A stretch of DNA of 54,578 nucleotides from a virus (IMGVR_UViG_3300025154_000124:1-54578), one strand, 5' to 3'; counted from the first letter of the stretch, positions 16,352-25,293 are shown. Program-made: numbers and translations. The notes: generated from the letters alone by a model not told the origin.

Positions 16352-18757
16352 CTATTTGGCAGCGTTCTTTTCATCACCTCCTTTACTAGTAATCGGCGCT
16401 GGAAGGTGGGTGACGAACTTGGCATAGTTATCGTTGCACTTTATCAAGTTCAGGCTGTGGTAACGCTTTAAGCTCAGTAAATCCTCTTCAGTGTATGGGT
16501 ATAATTCACTTTTTAACTCATCGAAGTTCTTCTTATCGCTACCACTTATTAGCATATACGATGCGTTTGCGGTCCGTAGGTCCTCCCGGATCTGTTTGAT
16601 TTGATTTAAGTAATGGCAGCTTATAATAGGCTTCAGGTTAAATTTCGGGAGTTGGCTTAACTTCTTCGCTAGGAATTTCTCGGCGTTTCTAACCTGGTAT
16701 AACTCATCGATCTCTAAGTTAACCTTCGTCATTTTTGACCTATCCAGATTTTGCGCCTCAAATTGAGATTCCCGAATCTGTAGTGCCAGCCATATTTTAG
16801 TTAGCCAGTATGTTACATACACATCCCGCTCGTTGTCAGTCAGAAACATCCTCTGCGGCATCTTAATAACAATTAACTGATTCTCCTGGATCTCCTTTAC
16901 TAGATCGATGTTGTTTTCGCTGCCTTTTTTCAACATCGTTTCAAGGTAGGCGTTAACCTTTAGCTTCTGCAGCCGGTCGACTGCACCAGTGATTAGGTGC
17001 ATCCGGGTACCGACTACTTTACCCTTTTCAATAGTGTCCAACTCATGTAGGTAGCCAAGGTATTCCTCCATGTTTTCCGCCTGTTCTTTGGGTACCCGAT
17101 CAATAAATTCCTTACGTACTTTATAATTCATCAGTACCGCAAACACGTCCTTAATATTGCCGTTGGTTAGGAAAACGGTTAACGCAGCGCTCTCGAAATA
17201 CCTCCCCATCCTAGCGGTAAAATTAGCGTCATCCGCGTTTATGCTGTCCACCAATGTCATCAATAGAGCGGTCTGCTCTTTGGCGTTCTTATATTGGACA
17301 AAGGGATCTATGCTCGGCGGGACTTCGTTGTACCCCAAGCCTTGAAGGGTGTCCCAGTTATCGCACCGGAGCTCTAGTACTTTTTCCTGAGGGAATGCGC
17401 TGGCAATCTCGGTGCTTAATTGGCAGCTGCCTATATAGTCGGGGATAATAACGCACTCCCCAGCCTCGATAGCGTCTTTAGCTATGTTTGCCAAGAACTT
17501 AGATTTGCCGGCGCGATTCGGGCCAATTAAGACAAGTCCTAACATTCTGTACTCAGGGTCAGTACTCAAATAACTTTTTTGGCTAGTACCTTTAAACGTA
17601 TTAGTACCTACGCACATAACCCCGGTAAGAAGTTCTTCGGGTACTTCCGATTCAAGCGTTCCGATCCGTTCGATGAACTTGTGCTTCTCCAGTAGCTCCC
17701 TACCCGGTAGCGCGATAAAATTAGAGCACTCATTTTCACTAGCCTTGAAGGATGTGGCACCCCTTATTCTAGTGCCTAACGGATTAAACTTACCATACAA
17801 ACGCTTATGGGTTAAAGAGTTATCCTCCGTGATCGTATCAAAGCTCTGGGCAAGACTCTTGGCATTGTTGTACTGCCGCATCTTATCCTTGCTTTCGCTT
17901 AGCACTAAAATTTGAGTATCCAGGACCATGCTTTTACCCTTGGACAGGGTGTATTCGGATATGATCTTGGTATTTCTAAGACTAGAGATAATCTGATCAA
18001 ATACTTCGTATTCCTTTGACCGAATCGCCTTTTTGTTTTCCCCAGCAAGGATTGCGCTCGCACTGTTAATAAGACCGTTTAATTGAGTGAAAGCCCATTT
18101 AAGCAGGTATCCTACGTTCGCTACATTTTGGTCAACCGGTAGATCGCTACGCAACTTCGCTATGGTTTTCTTATACTTAGTAGGCCACGAAAATTGGGAC
18201 GTAGGAATAAAGTTATAAAATATCCCTACCTTGTCGCCATCCTCCATGATGTCCACGATGTTAAGATTTGCCTCTAGTAGGTCATTATTGCGTTTGTCTA
18301 CGGCCAGACTTAAGCCGTCTTCCTTGCGATAAAACAGATGATACTTGGTTGCGGAATCCCCAAATGCGGGGATCGTGACTATATCGGCAACAGGTTTTGC
18401 CGTGAGTCCTTTCCAAGTGCTGGATAGCTTCTCTTGTAAAATGCTCGAGTATTGCTTAGGGACAATAAAGTAGAACTCGATACGCTTCTTTTCAATGTAT
18501 ATAAAGTAGGAAACTTTAGGTGCCGTGGCTATCGAATACTTAGTACCAAGCATAAATTCCCTGCCAAGGATAGTAATAAGCTTTCCGTGTTCAACCTTGA
18601 TGCTTCGCTTAATGTCTCGGTACAAAGATCCTATGGTCGTAGCGATATTAGCCGTGGCATTGTTTAATATAGAGTTGTTAGGCGTTAGCTTGATATACAT
18701 ATACTCGGGATGAACGAGGGTAATAAACTTGCTGAACTTAACGGATTTAGATTTCAT
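16352..18757 (-). CDS. VirB4/TraG/HerA-FtsK superfamily P-loop ATPase
   Basis: Walker A GPNRAGKS, Walker B LEIDELYQ; 801 aa with a long N-terminal region. Confidence 0.75.
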   Translation of the reverse strand: MKSKSVKFSKFITLVHPEYMYIKLTPNNSILNNATANIATTIGSLYRDIKRSIKVEHGKLITILGREFMLGTKYSIATAPKVSYFIYIEKKRIEFYFIVPKQYSSILQEKLSSTWKGLTAKPVADIVTIPAFGDSATKYHLFYRKEDGLSLAVDKRNNDLLEANLNIVDIMEDGDKVGIFYNFIPTSQFSWPTKYKKTIAKLRSDLPVDQNVANVGYLLKWAFTQLNGLINSASAILAGENKKAIRSKEYEVFDQIISSLRNTKIISEYTLSKGKSMVLDTQILVLSESKDKMRQYNNAKSLAQSFDTITEDNSLTHKRLYGKFNPLGTRIRGATSFKASENECSNFIALPGRELLEKHKFIERIGTLESEVPEELLTGVMCVGTNTFKGTSQKSYLSTDPEYRMLGLVLIGPNRAGKSKFLANIAKDAIEAGECVIIPDYIGSCQLSTEIASAFPQEKVLELRCDNWDTLQGLGYNEVPPSIDPFVQYKNAKEQTALLMTLVDSINADDANFTARMGRYFESAALTVFLTNGNIKDVFAVLMNYKVRKEFIDRVPKEQAENMEEYLGYLHELDTIEKGKVVGTRMHLITGAVDRLQKLKVNAYLETMLKKGSENNIDLVKEIQENQLIVIKMPQRMFLTDNERDVYVTYWLTKIWLALQIRESQFEAQNLDRSKMTKVNLEIDELYQVRNAEKFLAKKLSQLPKFNLKPIISCHYLNQIKQIREDLRTANASYMLISGSDKKNFDELKSELYPYTEEDLLSLKRYHSLNLIKCNDNYAKFVTHLPAPITSKGGDEKNAAK

Positions 18758-18768
18758 CTCAATACCTC

Positions 18769-19389
18769 CTACTCTAGATTTAAGTAAGGAGCTGGATCCA
18801 CCGAGCGTCTACCCTGATCAAAGCGTATTTCGAAGTGTACGTGCGGACCGGTTGACCTTCCAGTATTCCCTGACAGGGCGATAATTTCACCTTGTTTAAC
18901 CGGTTGACCAACGATTACTAATACCTGGCTGTTGTGGGCATACATTGTTTGGGTACCGTCTGGATGGTTAAGCTCTACTACATTGCCGACTATGTTCCCC
19001 ATATATCCTGCATCGTGTACCGTTCCGGACTTACTGGCGAGGACCCTAGTGCCTTCACTTACGCCAAAGTCTATACCGTGATGAAATCCCCCGTCACGAG
19101 GTCCGAAAGGGGAGGAAACAGGACCAACGACAGGAACAACATAATCCGACGCTGTAATAGGAGCTGCTTGAGCCGGTGGGCCAAGAACGGCCACAATCAT
19201 GATGTAAGAAACCAGTAATATCCCGGCATAACGAATACCCTGCTTTAGTCCGGCGACGTACAATATTACAAGTATGGTACAGCCAAGTATGGTAACTGTG
19301 TGCATATAGCTCACAAACAGATCGGGCTTAGCAGTTATCAGTGCGACGAGAGCCGCCAGTACTCCTCCCTTTAATGCAAGTGCAAGCAT
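18769..19389 (-). CDS. Membrane-anchored M23 family peptidoglycan peptidase
   Basis: SSPFGPR, HHGIDF, YAHN and GNTGRSTGPHVHFE motifs; N-terminal TM segments. Confidence 0.92.
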   Translation of the reverse strand: MLALALKGGVLAALVALITAKPDLFVSYMHTVTILGCTILVILYVAGLKQGIRYAGILLVSYIMIVAVLGPPAQAAPITASDYVVPVVGPVSSPFGPRDGGFHHGIDFGVSEGTRVLASKSGTVHDAGYMGNIVGNVVELNHPDGTQTMYAHNSQVLVIVGQPVKQGEIIALSGNTGRSTGPHVHFEIRFDQGRRSVDPAPYLNLE

Positions 19390-19400
19390 CTAGAAACCTC

Positions 19401-19724
19401 CTAACTTAAGAAATCTTCAATTCCAAATACGAATCTAGGTATTAATATTAACAAGGCAACAATAGCACCATAAGCAATAGACTTCTGTTTGACTCCATCG
19501 TAATCCCCGTTAAGACCTCCCTGAATTGCATCCAGCGCCCACTTTCCGATAATAACCCATTTGCCAACGGAGAATATTTTCTTGTATGCTCTCAGTCCGC
19601 CGTCGTCTATACTGCCCGCCGCTAAGGCCGTACCAGGGATAAGCAATAAAATAGCTGTAGCAATTCCGACTTGGATATAAAATGATTTATGTCGTCGAAA
19701 ATGGTTAACAACTTTTACCAACAT
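19401..19724 (-). CDS. TrbC/VirB2-like small membrane protein
   Basis: Signal peptide ending ALAA followed by two hydrophobic helices; AAAAGGAG RBS. The family call rests on architecture and context. Confidence 0.55.
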   Translation of the reverse strand: MLVKVVNHFRRHKSFYIQVGIATAILLLIPGTALAAGSIDDGGLRAYKKIFSVGKWVIIGKWALDAIQGGLNGDYDGVKQKSIAYGAIVALLILIPRFVFGIEDFLS

Positions 19725-19814
19725 GGTATTCCACTCCTTTTCGGTATATTTTCGATGGTTGTCGAATAAAGTTTAAAAACTTTAAACTTAATAGGGAAAG
19801 TCTTGCCTTCTGTC

Positions 19815-19858
19815 AAGAGCTTCGATGTCCTGCGGGATGTCGGGGCTTTTTGGTTTTT
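19815..19858 (+). terminator. Plus-strand intrinsic terminator inside a minus-strand operon
   Basis: AAGAGCTTCGATGTCC...GGATGTCGGGGCTTTT pairs only with G-U on the + strand and is followed by TTTTTGGTTTTT. Confidence 0.5.
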
Positions 19859-20066
19859 AAGACCTTTCGGCTTTAAGATTGAGCATCAATTCCCGAGCCA
19901 CCAACCGGGCCGCATCCGGGGTAATGGGTTCCGGCGGCTTACTTGGGCTGATGCCGAAGTACTGGCGGAGTGCCATGCGAACAATCGTACTTAGTTCACC
20001 ATCTGGTATAGCGTCCAACCTCGGTCCAATGCTGGGATCATCCCAAAATGTTCTGCGTTTTTTCAC
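19857..20066 (-). CDS. Small ribbon-helix-helix-like regulator (69 aa)
   Basis: GTG start after GAGGGGTGAGG; ELSTIVRMALRQYF helix pattern. Confidence 0.5.
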   Translation of the reverse strand: MKKRRTFWDDPSIGPRLDAIPDGELSTIVRMALRQYFGISPSKPPEPITPDAARLVARELMLNLKAERS

Positions 20067-20108
20067 AGCCTCACCCCTCGACGTTTTGTATGACTGGCGT
20101 AGTATAAT

Positions 20109-20179
20109 GTAAGACACTGTGTGATCGTGTTCGCTTAGTGTCTTACTGTTTGATATATGATATAGACTAAAGTCTATAT
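20109..20179. promoter_or_regulatory. Two perfect inverted repeats upstream of the RHH/VirB2/M23/ATPase operon
   Basis: GTAAGACACT-N18-AGTGTCTTAC (20109-20146) and ATATAGACT-AA-AGTCTATAT (20160-20179). Confidence 0.6.
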
Positions 20180-20211
20180 TTATGCCCAAAAAAATAAAAA
20201 ATATATTTGAC

Positions 20212-20430
20212 CTACTTGAATAAAGAAGGCCAAATATATTCCATCGAGTACCCGAGGGCTACCGATATCATTGCTGCTCGCACAAGAGTAAGTCGTTTTA
20301 CCTTGCCGGCAATGATATCGCTTATGTCACTTTGGTAAAGTCCAATCATGTCAGCAAGATCTTTCTGTACCATGCCGCGTTTATCTAGTATTTCCTGTAT
20401 CCTATTGTCTGCCAACAGATCATAATTCAT
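20212..20430 (-). CDS. XRE-family HTH regulator (72 aa)
   Basis: NRIQEILDKRGMVQKDLADMIGLYQSDISDI; start re-set to the ATG after GGTGGTG. Confidence 0.82.
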   Translation of the reverse strand: MNYDLLADNRIQEILDKRGMVQKDLADMIGLYQSDISDIIAGKVKRLTLVRAAMISVALGYSMEYIWPSLFK

Positions 20431-20704
20431 CGCATCACCACCATAGGAAAATACTTCCACATGGTGTTTGTGAAATCCTGCAAGCGTAATTTTGGCGTTT
20501 TGCGCGTAATATATAGACTTAAGGTTATCTTTCTTGACCAATTGTTCATAATTCATTCGACATGGTTTTCGAGATTTCGACCAAGAAAGGGGTATATGCT
20601 TGTAATATCGTTGATTATTACGATTGATGGAATTTATAGGTAACAACGAATGGAGATGGGCGCTTGGCATTGATTAGGGGTCTAGGCAGAAACGTAAAGG
20701 AGGA

Positions 20705-20926
20705 GTGGTTATATTCCAAATTACATTGCGTGCTATCAGGATTTCTTGCGGGTACACAGGTGATGAGGTTGCTAGGTGCTGCGATGTACCCGTAGGGGAT
20801 ATAAATAAGGCTGAAATAGATTCAAGCGAGATGGCATATAGTTTATTATCTAAAATGGCTGATCTTTATAAGGTCGCAATAGATCGTATTTATTTAGGGC
20901 CTGAGGGTAACGAAAGGGTAACGTAA
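20705..20926 (+). CDS. XRE-family HTH protein, paralogue of the Cro-like gene
   Basis: FQITLRAIRISCGYT..EVA...YLGPE aligns with FRITWRAARVNRGYN..EVA...YCGPE of 23232-23477. Confidence 0.75.
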   Translation: MVIFQITLRAIRISCGYTGDEVARCCDVPVGDINKAEIDSSEMAYSLLSKMADLYKVAIDRIYLGPEGNERVT

Positions 20927-21176
20927 TTCCGATGAAGGTGGAGTTTTATTAATAAAGATGTTACAAGTATGCAAGAGTCAAATAACCTCTAGGTTAGCCT
21001 GTAGTGCGTCTTTGCGGTCTATCAATAAAGATATTACAGTTAGGGGATATAGTGGGCATGAGATATTGGGTATACCTTGCATAAAAATTACGAACCTGGC
21101 TGTACCAACGGTCGAAGGGTCTTTATATACACTATTTTTACTCAAGGGTAACGAAAGGGTAACGAAATGGAACAAA
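20904..21176. other. Probable attP region with integrase arm-type direct repeats
   Basis: AGGGTAACG(A/T)A x2 at 20904-20925; x2 plus a degenerate copy at 21145-21176; AATAAAGAT(G/A)TTACA at 20951 and 21024; directly downstream of the integrase. Confidence 0.7.
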
Positions 21177-21209
21177 AGATATTCCACGCCCGAGAAAAGC
21201 GCGGAATAG

Positions 21210-22427
21210 TTAGAGGTTTTTCATGAGTTCGCTGAACTTTTTGGAGGCCTCTTTTTTCATTGTTTTTGTGGTATGCATATAGACGTATCTTGTTGTTTTA
21301 TCATCTTTATGACCGAGCCTCTCCATAATCTCCGGGAGGCTGACGCCCGCCTCAGCAAGTAAAGAAGTGTGGGTATGTCGTAATGAGTGGGGGGTCAACG
21401 ATGCGTTCAAGCTAGCGAGCTTTAACAGGCGACACATGCGTCTTTCTATGAAATTAGTAGTCTCTGGATAACCAAGAAATTTATCCTCCTGTGCAAATAT
21501 GAAATCCTTATCATGGTAAGAATCCCTGTTTTTCATGAGTGTAATATTTTGGCTTGACTTGTGCTTTTTTAACTCTTCTAAAACAACTCCATCAACGGAA
21601 ATTTTCCTTTTAGATGCCTTTGTCTTCGGTGGAGATAATTCGTAGGCCGTCGCCTTGTTGGTTGGATTGTAGTAAGTCTTGGTGATGTTGACGCTACCTT
21701 CGATAAAATCAATGTCTTTCCATTTCAGTGCACATAGCTCCCCTATTCTCACGCCTGTGTACGCCAAAAATAGAAAAATCAGATAATCCTTATCTAATCC
21801 TTTATCATTGGCAGTTTGCAGAAAAAGGGATAACTCGTCTTTTTCTAGATACTTCTCTATTTCCTCTTCCTCCTCTAACTCCTCGATCGTTTTAGTTGTT
21901 TTCGGCACTGCAGCATACCTAGTCGGGTCATTCTTGATTAACTCAAGTTCTACAGCTTTATTAAATATCATGCGTCCTGTTGTGTGCGCTCCTATGATTG
22001 AGCTTTCTGAAAATCCCCTATCTTTTAAGGTAATTAGGGCATCTTGGTATTGCTTGCGTGTTACATCTTTTAATTTTAGTTTTGCAAAGAAAGTCTTTAT
22101 TCTTGCAATCTCAATCTCCCTGACCCTAATCGTACTCTTCTTTTTGGGTTTGCCTGTGTTTTTGTAATAGCCTAGCCATTCCTTGGAAAATTGCTCGAAC
22201 GTGATATTTGACTCCTTAACATAAGTTCCTTGCTCCACTTCTTGAATCACTATACCGCATGCAAGTTGCGCAGCCTTCTTTGTTTTGAAGCCTCCTTTCT
22301 TCTCCTGCTTACGGTCTCCTGTGCTTGGATCGACGCCAACATCAACGATATACGACCAGGTTGCACCACAGCTACATTTCTTTTTGTCAGAGCAGATACA
22401 CTTTGGCCTGTAATAATATCCTTGCAT
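21210..22427 (-). CDS. int: Tyrosine integrase
   Basis: N-terminal arm-binding domain (GGFKTKKAA); TGVRIGE, HSLRHTH and LGH...T..VY catalytic motifs. Confidence 0.96.
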   Translation of the reverse strand: MQGYYYRPKCICSDKKKCSCGATWSYIVDVGVDPSTGDRKQEKKGGFKTKKAAQLACGIVIQEVEQGTYVKESNITFEQFSKEWLGYYKNTGKPKKKSTIRVREIEIARIKTFFAKLKLKDVTRKQYQDALITLKDRGFSESSIIGAHTTGRMIFNKAVELELIKNDPTRYAAVPKTTKTIEELEEEEEIEKYLEKDELSLFLQTANDKGLDKDYLIFLFLAYTGVRIGELCALKWKDIDFIEGSVNITKTYYNPTNKATAYELSPPKTKASKRKISVDGVVLEELKKHKSSQNITLMKNRDSYHDKDFIFAQEDKFLGYPETTNFIERRMCRLLKLASLNASLTPHSLRHTHTSLLAEAGVSLPEIMERLGHKDDKTTRYVYMHTTKTMKKEASKKFSELMKNL

Positions 22428-22433
22428 AATGCA

Positions 22434-23093
22434 TCACTCCTTAGACGTATGTTTTGCTGGCCTGAAGTGTCCCATATAAATTCCACATATACTCACTTGA
22501 TTTGGTAAGACTTCGATAGTCTTATGTTTGGGGTTTTCTGGTGCTAACTTTATTTGTGGTGATCCTTCCGACCACTTAATGCGTTTCAACATTCCCTCCT
22601 CGTCGCCGTTAATAAGCGCCGCAACGATTTGCCCATTGTGATCAGCCCATTGTGCGTAACGCATATAGACTATATCCCCTGATTCGATACCAGCGCCAAC
22701 CATACTGTCCCCCTTAACCTTCAGGGCATAGTCTGGTTGTTGGTTACTCAAGAAAGGGTAATGGATGTAGTCTTCAACATTCTGCTCAGCCGTTAGGCCT
22801 TCTCCTGCGCAGATTGTACCTATAAGAGGTATTGACTTATAGGTTTGAGATTTTTTAAGCGAAGAGTTTATATCTGATTTTGGAATATTTAATGCATCTG
22901 ATATTTTCTGTAGATTTCCGGGAGACATTAACGTTTTACCTAAAACATAGTCCGAAATAGTACTTGTCGATAATCCTGTTTTATCACTTAGCTCAGTTTG
23001 ACTAACACCTTTAAGGTGCAGTATTTGTTTAAGGTTGATGGAGATATCTTTAATCATTCCTATCTCAACCTCAGTGTATTTACTCCGTGCCAT
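22434..23093 (-). CDS. CI/LexA-like repressor (HTH + S24 peptidase)
   Basis: N-terminal HTH; IPLIGTICAG cleavage site; VKGDSM and MLKR catalytic motifs. Confidence 0.93.
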   Translation of the reverse strand: MARSKYTEVEIGMIKDISINLKQILHLKGVSQTELSDKTGLSTSTISDYVLGKTLMSPGNLQKISDALNIPKSDINSSLKKSQTYKSIPLIGTICAGEGLTAEQNVEDYIHYPFLSNQQPDYALKVKGDSMVGAGIESGDIVYMRYAQWADHNGQIVAALINGDEEGMLKRIKWSEGSPQIKLAPENPKHKTIEVLPNQVSICGIYMGHFRPAKHTSKE

Positions 23094-23134
23094 TGTTTTC
23101 CCTCCGGTAAAATAAAATTAACGATGATGTTACA

Positions 23135-23219
23135 TTCCGAGTATATCCGATTTTAGGCATATTTAAAAGCATTTTTTCATAAAATATATGTTGACATTCC
23201 TGTTAAATCGGATTAGTAT
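23135..23219 (+). promoter_or_regulatory. Lytic promoter and operators of the genetic switch
   Basis: TTGACA(23191)-17-TAGTAT. Operator TTCCTGTTAAATCGGATT lies in the spacer, with a degenerate copy at 23135-23152 and an exact inverted copy at 23452-23469. Confidence 0.75.
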
Positions 23220-23231
23220 AAAATCAAGGAG

Positions 23232-23477
23232 GTGGACAGGGTGAGTGCGGTTAAGGAGATATTCAGAATTACATGGCGAGCTGCAAGGGTAAACAGAGGG
23301 TACAATCAGGCTGAGGTTGCTGAATTATCTGGCAAAAACATAGATACGGTCACAAAGTATGAAAAGGATTCAACAGAAATACCGCACAACTTAATGCGGT
23401 TGTGGTTGGATTTATATAACGTACCTGAAGACCTTATTTATTGTGGTCCTGAATCCGATTTAACAGGAAAGAAATAA
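23232..23477 (+). CDS. Cro-like XRE HTH protein
   Basis: Divergent from the repressor; HTH; AAGGAGG RBS. Confidence 0.85.
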   Translation: MDRVSAVKEIFRITWRAARVNRGYNQAEVAELSGKNIDTVTKYEKDSTEIPHNLMRLWLDLYNVPEDLIYCGPESDLTGKK

Positions 23478-23501
23478 TTCTCTATAGAAAGGAAACGACC
23501 A

Positions 23502-23726
23502 ATGAAGGCTAAGCAACATATTTCCATCGATGCGTTACCTGAAGTGATCACAGCCCAAAACATAGCTGATTATCTCGGAATATCCCGGGGGCGTGTTTAC
23601 GAATTGTTTCAACGAAAGCCCACTGCCGGAGGGATACCTAACTTTGAGATAGGTCTATCCAAGAGGGTTGAAAAAAAGGATTTTATCCAGTGGATCGATG
23701 CCAGGAAGAAAGAAAAAGTTGGTTAA
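23502..23726 (+). CDS. Excisionase-like HTH_17 protein
   Basis: LPEVITAQNIADYLGISRGRVYEL...IG.SKRV.K.DF..W. Confidence 0.8.
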   Translation: MKAKQHISIDALPEVITAQNIADYLGISRGRVYELFQRKPTAGGIPNFEIGLSKRVEKKDFIQWIDARKKEKVG

Positions 23727-23766
23727 TTGTGAAAAAGCGGCCAACTAAATCAAGGAGAGGATATTA

Positions 23767-23934
23767 ATGAACATCCGCATCGAAACATGCTTAGGCCACG
23801 AGACGGCAAAAAGAAGCCCACAAAGGGCCTCAACTCAACAACCTCATATACTTCGCTCATTATTAACGGCGATTGCTCTTAGCGCTGGCATTATAACAGG
23901 ATTCATTGCTGGAGCGCACTATTTCTTGAAATAG
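23767..23934 (+). CDS. Small ORF (55 aa) with C-terminal TM, convergent with next gene
   Basis: AAGGAGAGG RBS; translated by hand. Confidence 0.45.
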   Translation: MNIRIETCLGHETAKRSPQRASTQQPHILRSLLTAIALSAGIITGFIAGAHYFLK

Positions 23935-24266
23935 GTAAAAGAAATCCAAGCGAGCGCTAAACCTGAAGCGAACCCAAAGACATAACCCAGTAAAACCTGA
24001 AATAACATCCAACGACGATCTGACCATTTCTGTCTCATGACTTCGGACTTCTTGTTAAAATAATCCAACCCGTTATGAGTTAGGTGGATAAGTGTGATTT
24101 TCTCGTTTATATCCTCCGAATAGTCAATCAGTTTTTCATTCTTAAGAATTCCTAAAGCGGTTCTTATCGAGTATGGATCTATGCCAATCAAGTCGTCGTA
24201 GAGTTCGTGTAAACCCTTATTGTATTGACTAAAATTCTCTGAATTAAACTCCATTAAAAACTTCAA
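23919..24266 (-). CDS. Moron: winged-helix-like protein with C-terminal TM
   Basis: L..LKNEKLI...LTHNGLDY pattern; own GGAGGT RBS and promoter-like motif; true start may be slightly upstream (CTG at 24293). Confidence 0.65.
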   Translation of the reverse strand: MKFLMEFNSENFSQYNKGLHELYDDLIGIDPYSIRTALGILKNEKLIDYSEDINEKITLIHLTHNGLDYFNKKSEVMRQKWSDRRWMLFQVLLGYVFGFASGLALAWISFTYFKK

Positions 24267-24397
24267 AATTGTTTCTTTAGTTTTGGTATCCAGTGCAATT
24301 ACCTCCTATCGCGTACATTCTTCGACACAAGGAGGGCTAAATCCTATAAGGATGCTGATTGTAAATGGCGGTCAACTAAATCGAGGAGAGGATATCA

Positions 24398-25057
24398 ATG
24401 GGAGACTTAGTCTTTCTCGAACCAAACTCCATCAAGGCTGTACCGTTTACGACTAGTGACGTTATTGCTGAGTACGCAAAAATAGATTATCGCTCCGTCC
24501 AACGAACAATCGAAAAGCATCTAAAAAGACTTGAAAAGTTCGGAAGGGTGCGATTTGAAATCACACCCATGAAAACAAGAGGAGGTATTCAGGACAAGAA
24601 GATTTATTACCTTACGGAAGAGCAAGCGACTCTACTAGTTACATTTCTTAAAAACACAGACGTTGTTGCTGATTTCAAAGTTGAACTAGTTCGTCAATTC
24701 TTTGAAATGCGTTCCGAACTCCAAAGGCGTCAAATCGGAAAATTAAATCTAAAACCAACTCGCAGATCCCTAACGGATGAAATCAAGGGCAACCCAGAAC
24801 ACAGCAAATGGGATTACAAGTTATTCACTGACTTAGCCTACAAAATGGTAACTGGTAAAATTGCAGCTCAACTTCGTAAAGAACGAGGAGCGAGCAAGAA
24901 ATCCGTTGCGCTTGACTACATGACATCGAACGAAATAATGCTCGTGGACAAGCTTATGTACAAAATGGCCGTGCTTTACGAAATGGGACTGGATTATTAC
25001 CAGATCAAGGAAATGTTACAGAAAAGTCAGGAGAAGGCGTTGTCTAGTAATGGGTGA
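24398..25057 (+). CDS. Rha family regulatory protein
   Basis: FTTS.VIAE, YYLTEEQATLL.T.LKN and FKVELV.QF..MR motifs. Confidence 0.85.
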   Translation: MGDLVFLEPNSIKAVPFTTSDVIAEYAKIDYRSVQRTIEKHLKRLEKFGRVRFEITPMKTRGGIQDKKIYYLTEEQATLLVTFLKNTDVVADFKVELVRQFFEMRSELQRRQIGKLNLKPTRRSLTDEIKGNPEHSKWDYKLFTDLAYKMVTGKIAAQLRKERGASKKSVALDYMTSNEIMLVDKLMYKMAVLYEMGLDYYQIKEMLQKSQEKALSSNG

Positions 25058-25244
25058 AGTTAAACAACTACGACCAATTAATACGCCAAACGAAGAGTAT
25101 GTTTTCCTCAATCCACTTAAGCCAAAAAGTCTAGAGTATGTCATTAGATATGTTGGGCAACTGATAAACAAAGGATACGCAATTGCGTCAATTGAGTCAG
25201 TAAAGGGGCACGACAACCTATACCTTATTTGTCTGCACCGTTAA
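25050..25244 (+). CDS. Small hypothetical protein
   Basis: 64-aa ORF overlapping the Rha stop. Confidence 0.5.
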   Translation: MGEVKQLRPINTPNEEYVFLNPLKPKSLEYVIRYVGQLINKGYAIASIESVKGHDNLYLICLHR

Positions 25245-25293
25245 GCCAATCAGCCCAGCATTGTGAAAACGTTGGTTATGAGGGGAGGTGAAA

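Noticed and set aside
16321-16374. 17-aa ORF with AAGGAGGTG overlapping the ATPase stop
   Set aside because: Very short, RBS directly abuts the ATG, and no other support.
20085-20112. Sigma-K/E-like promoter (AC-N16-CATA) upstream of the RHH gene
   Set aside because: Lacks the downstream conserved T and is too degenerate to call.
21050-21085. GHEILGIP peptide in attP spacer resembling RadC (possible attB in radC)
   Set aside because: The match is too short to be meaningful without the host sequence.
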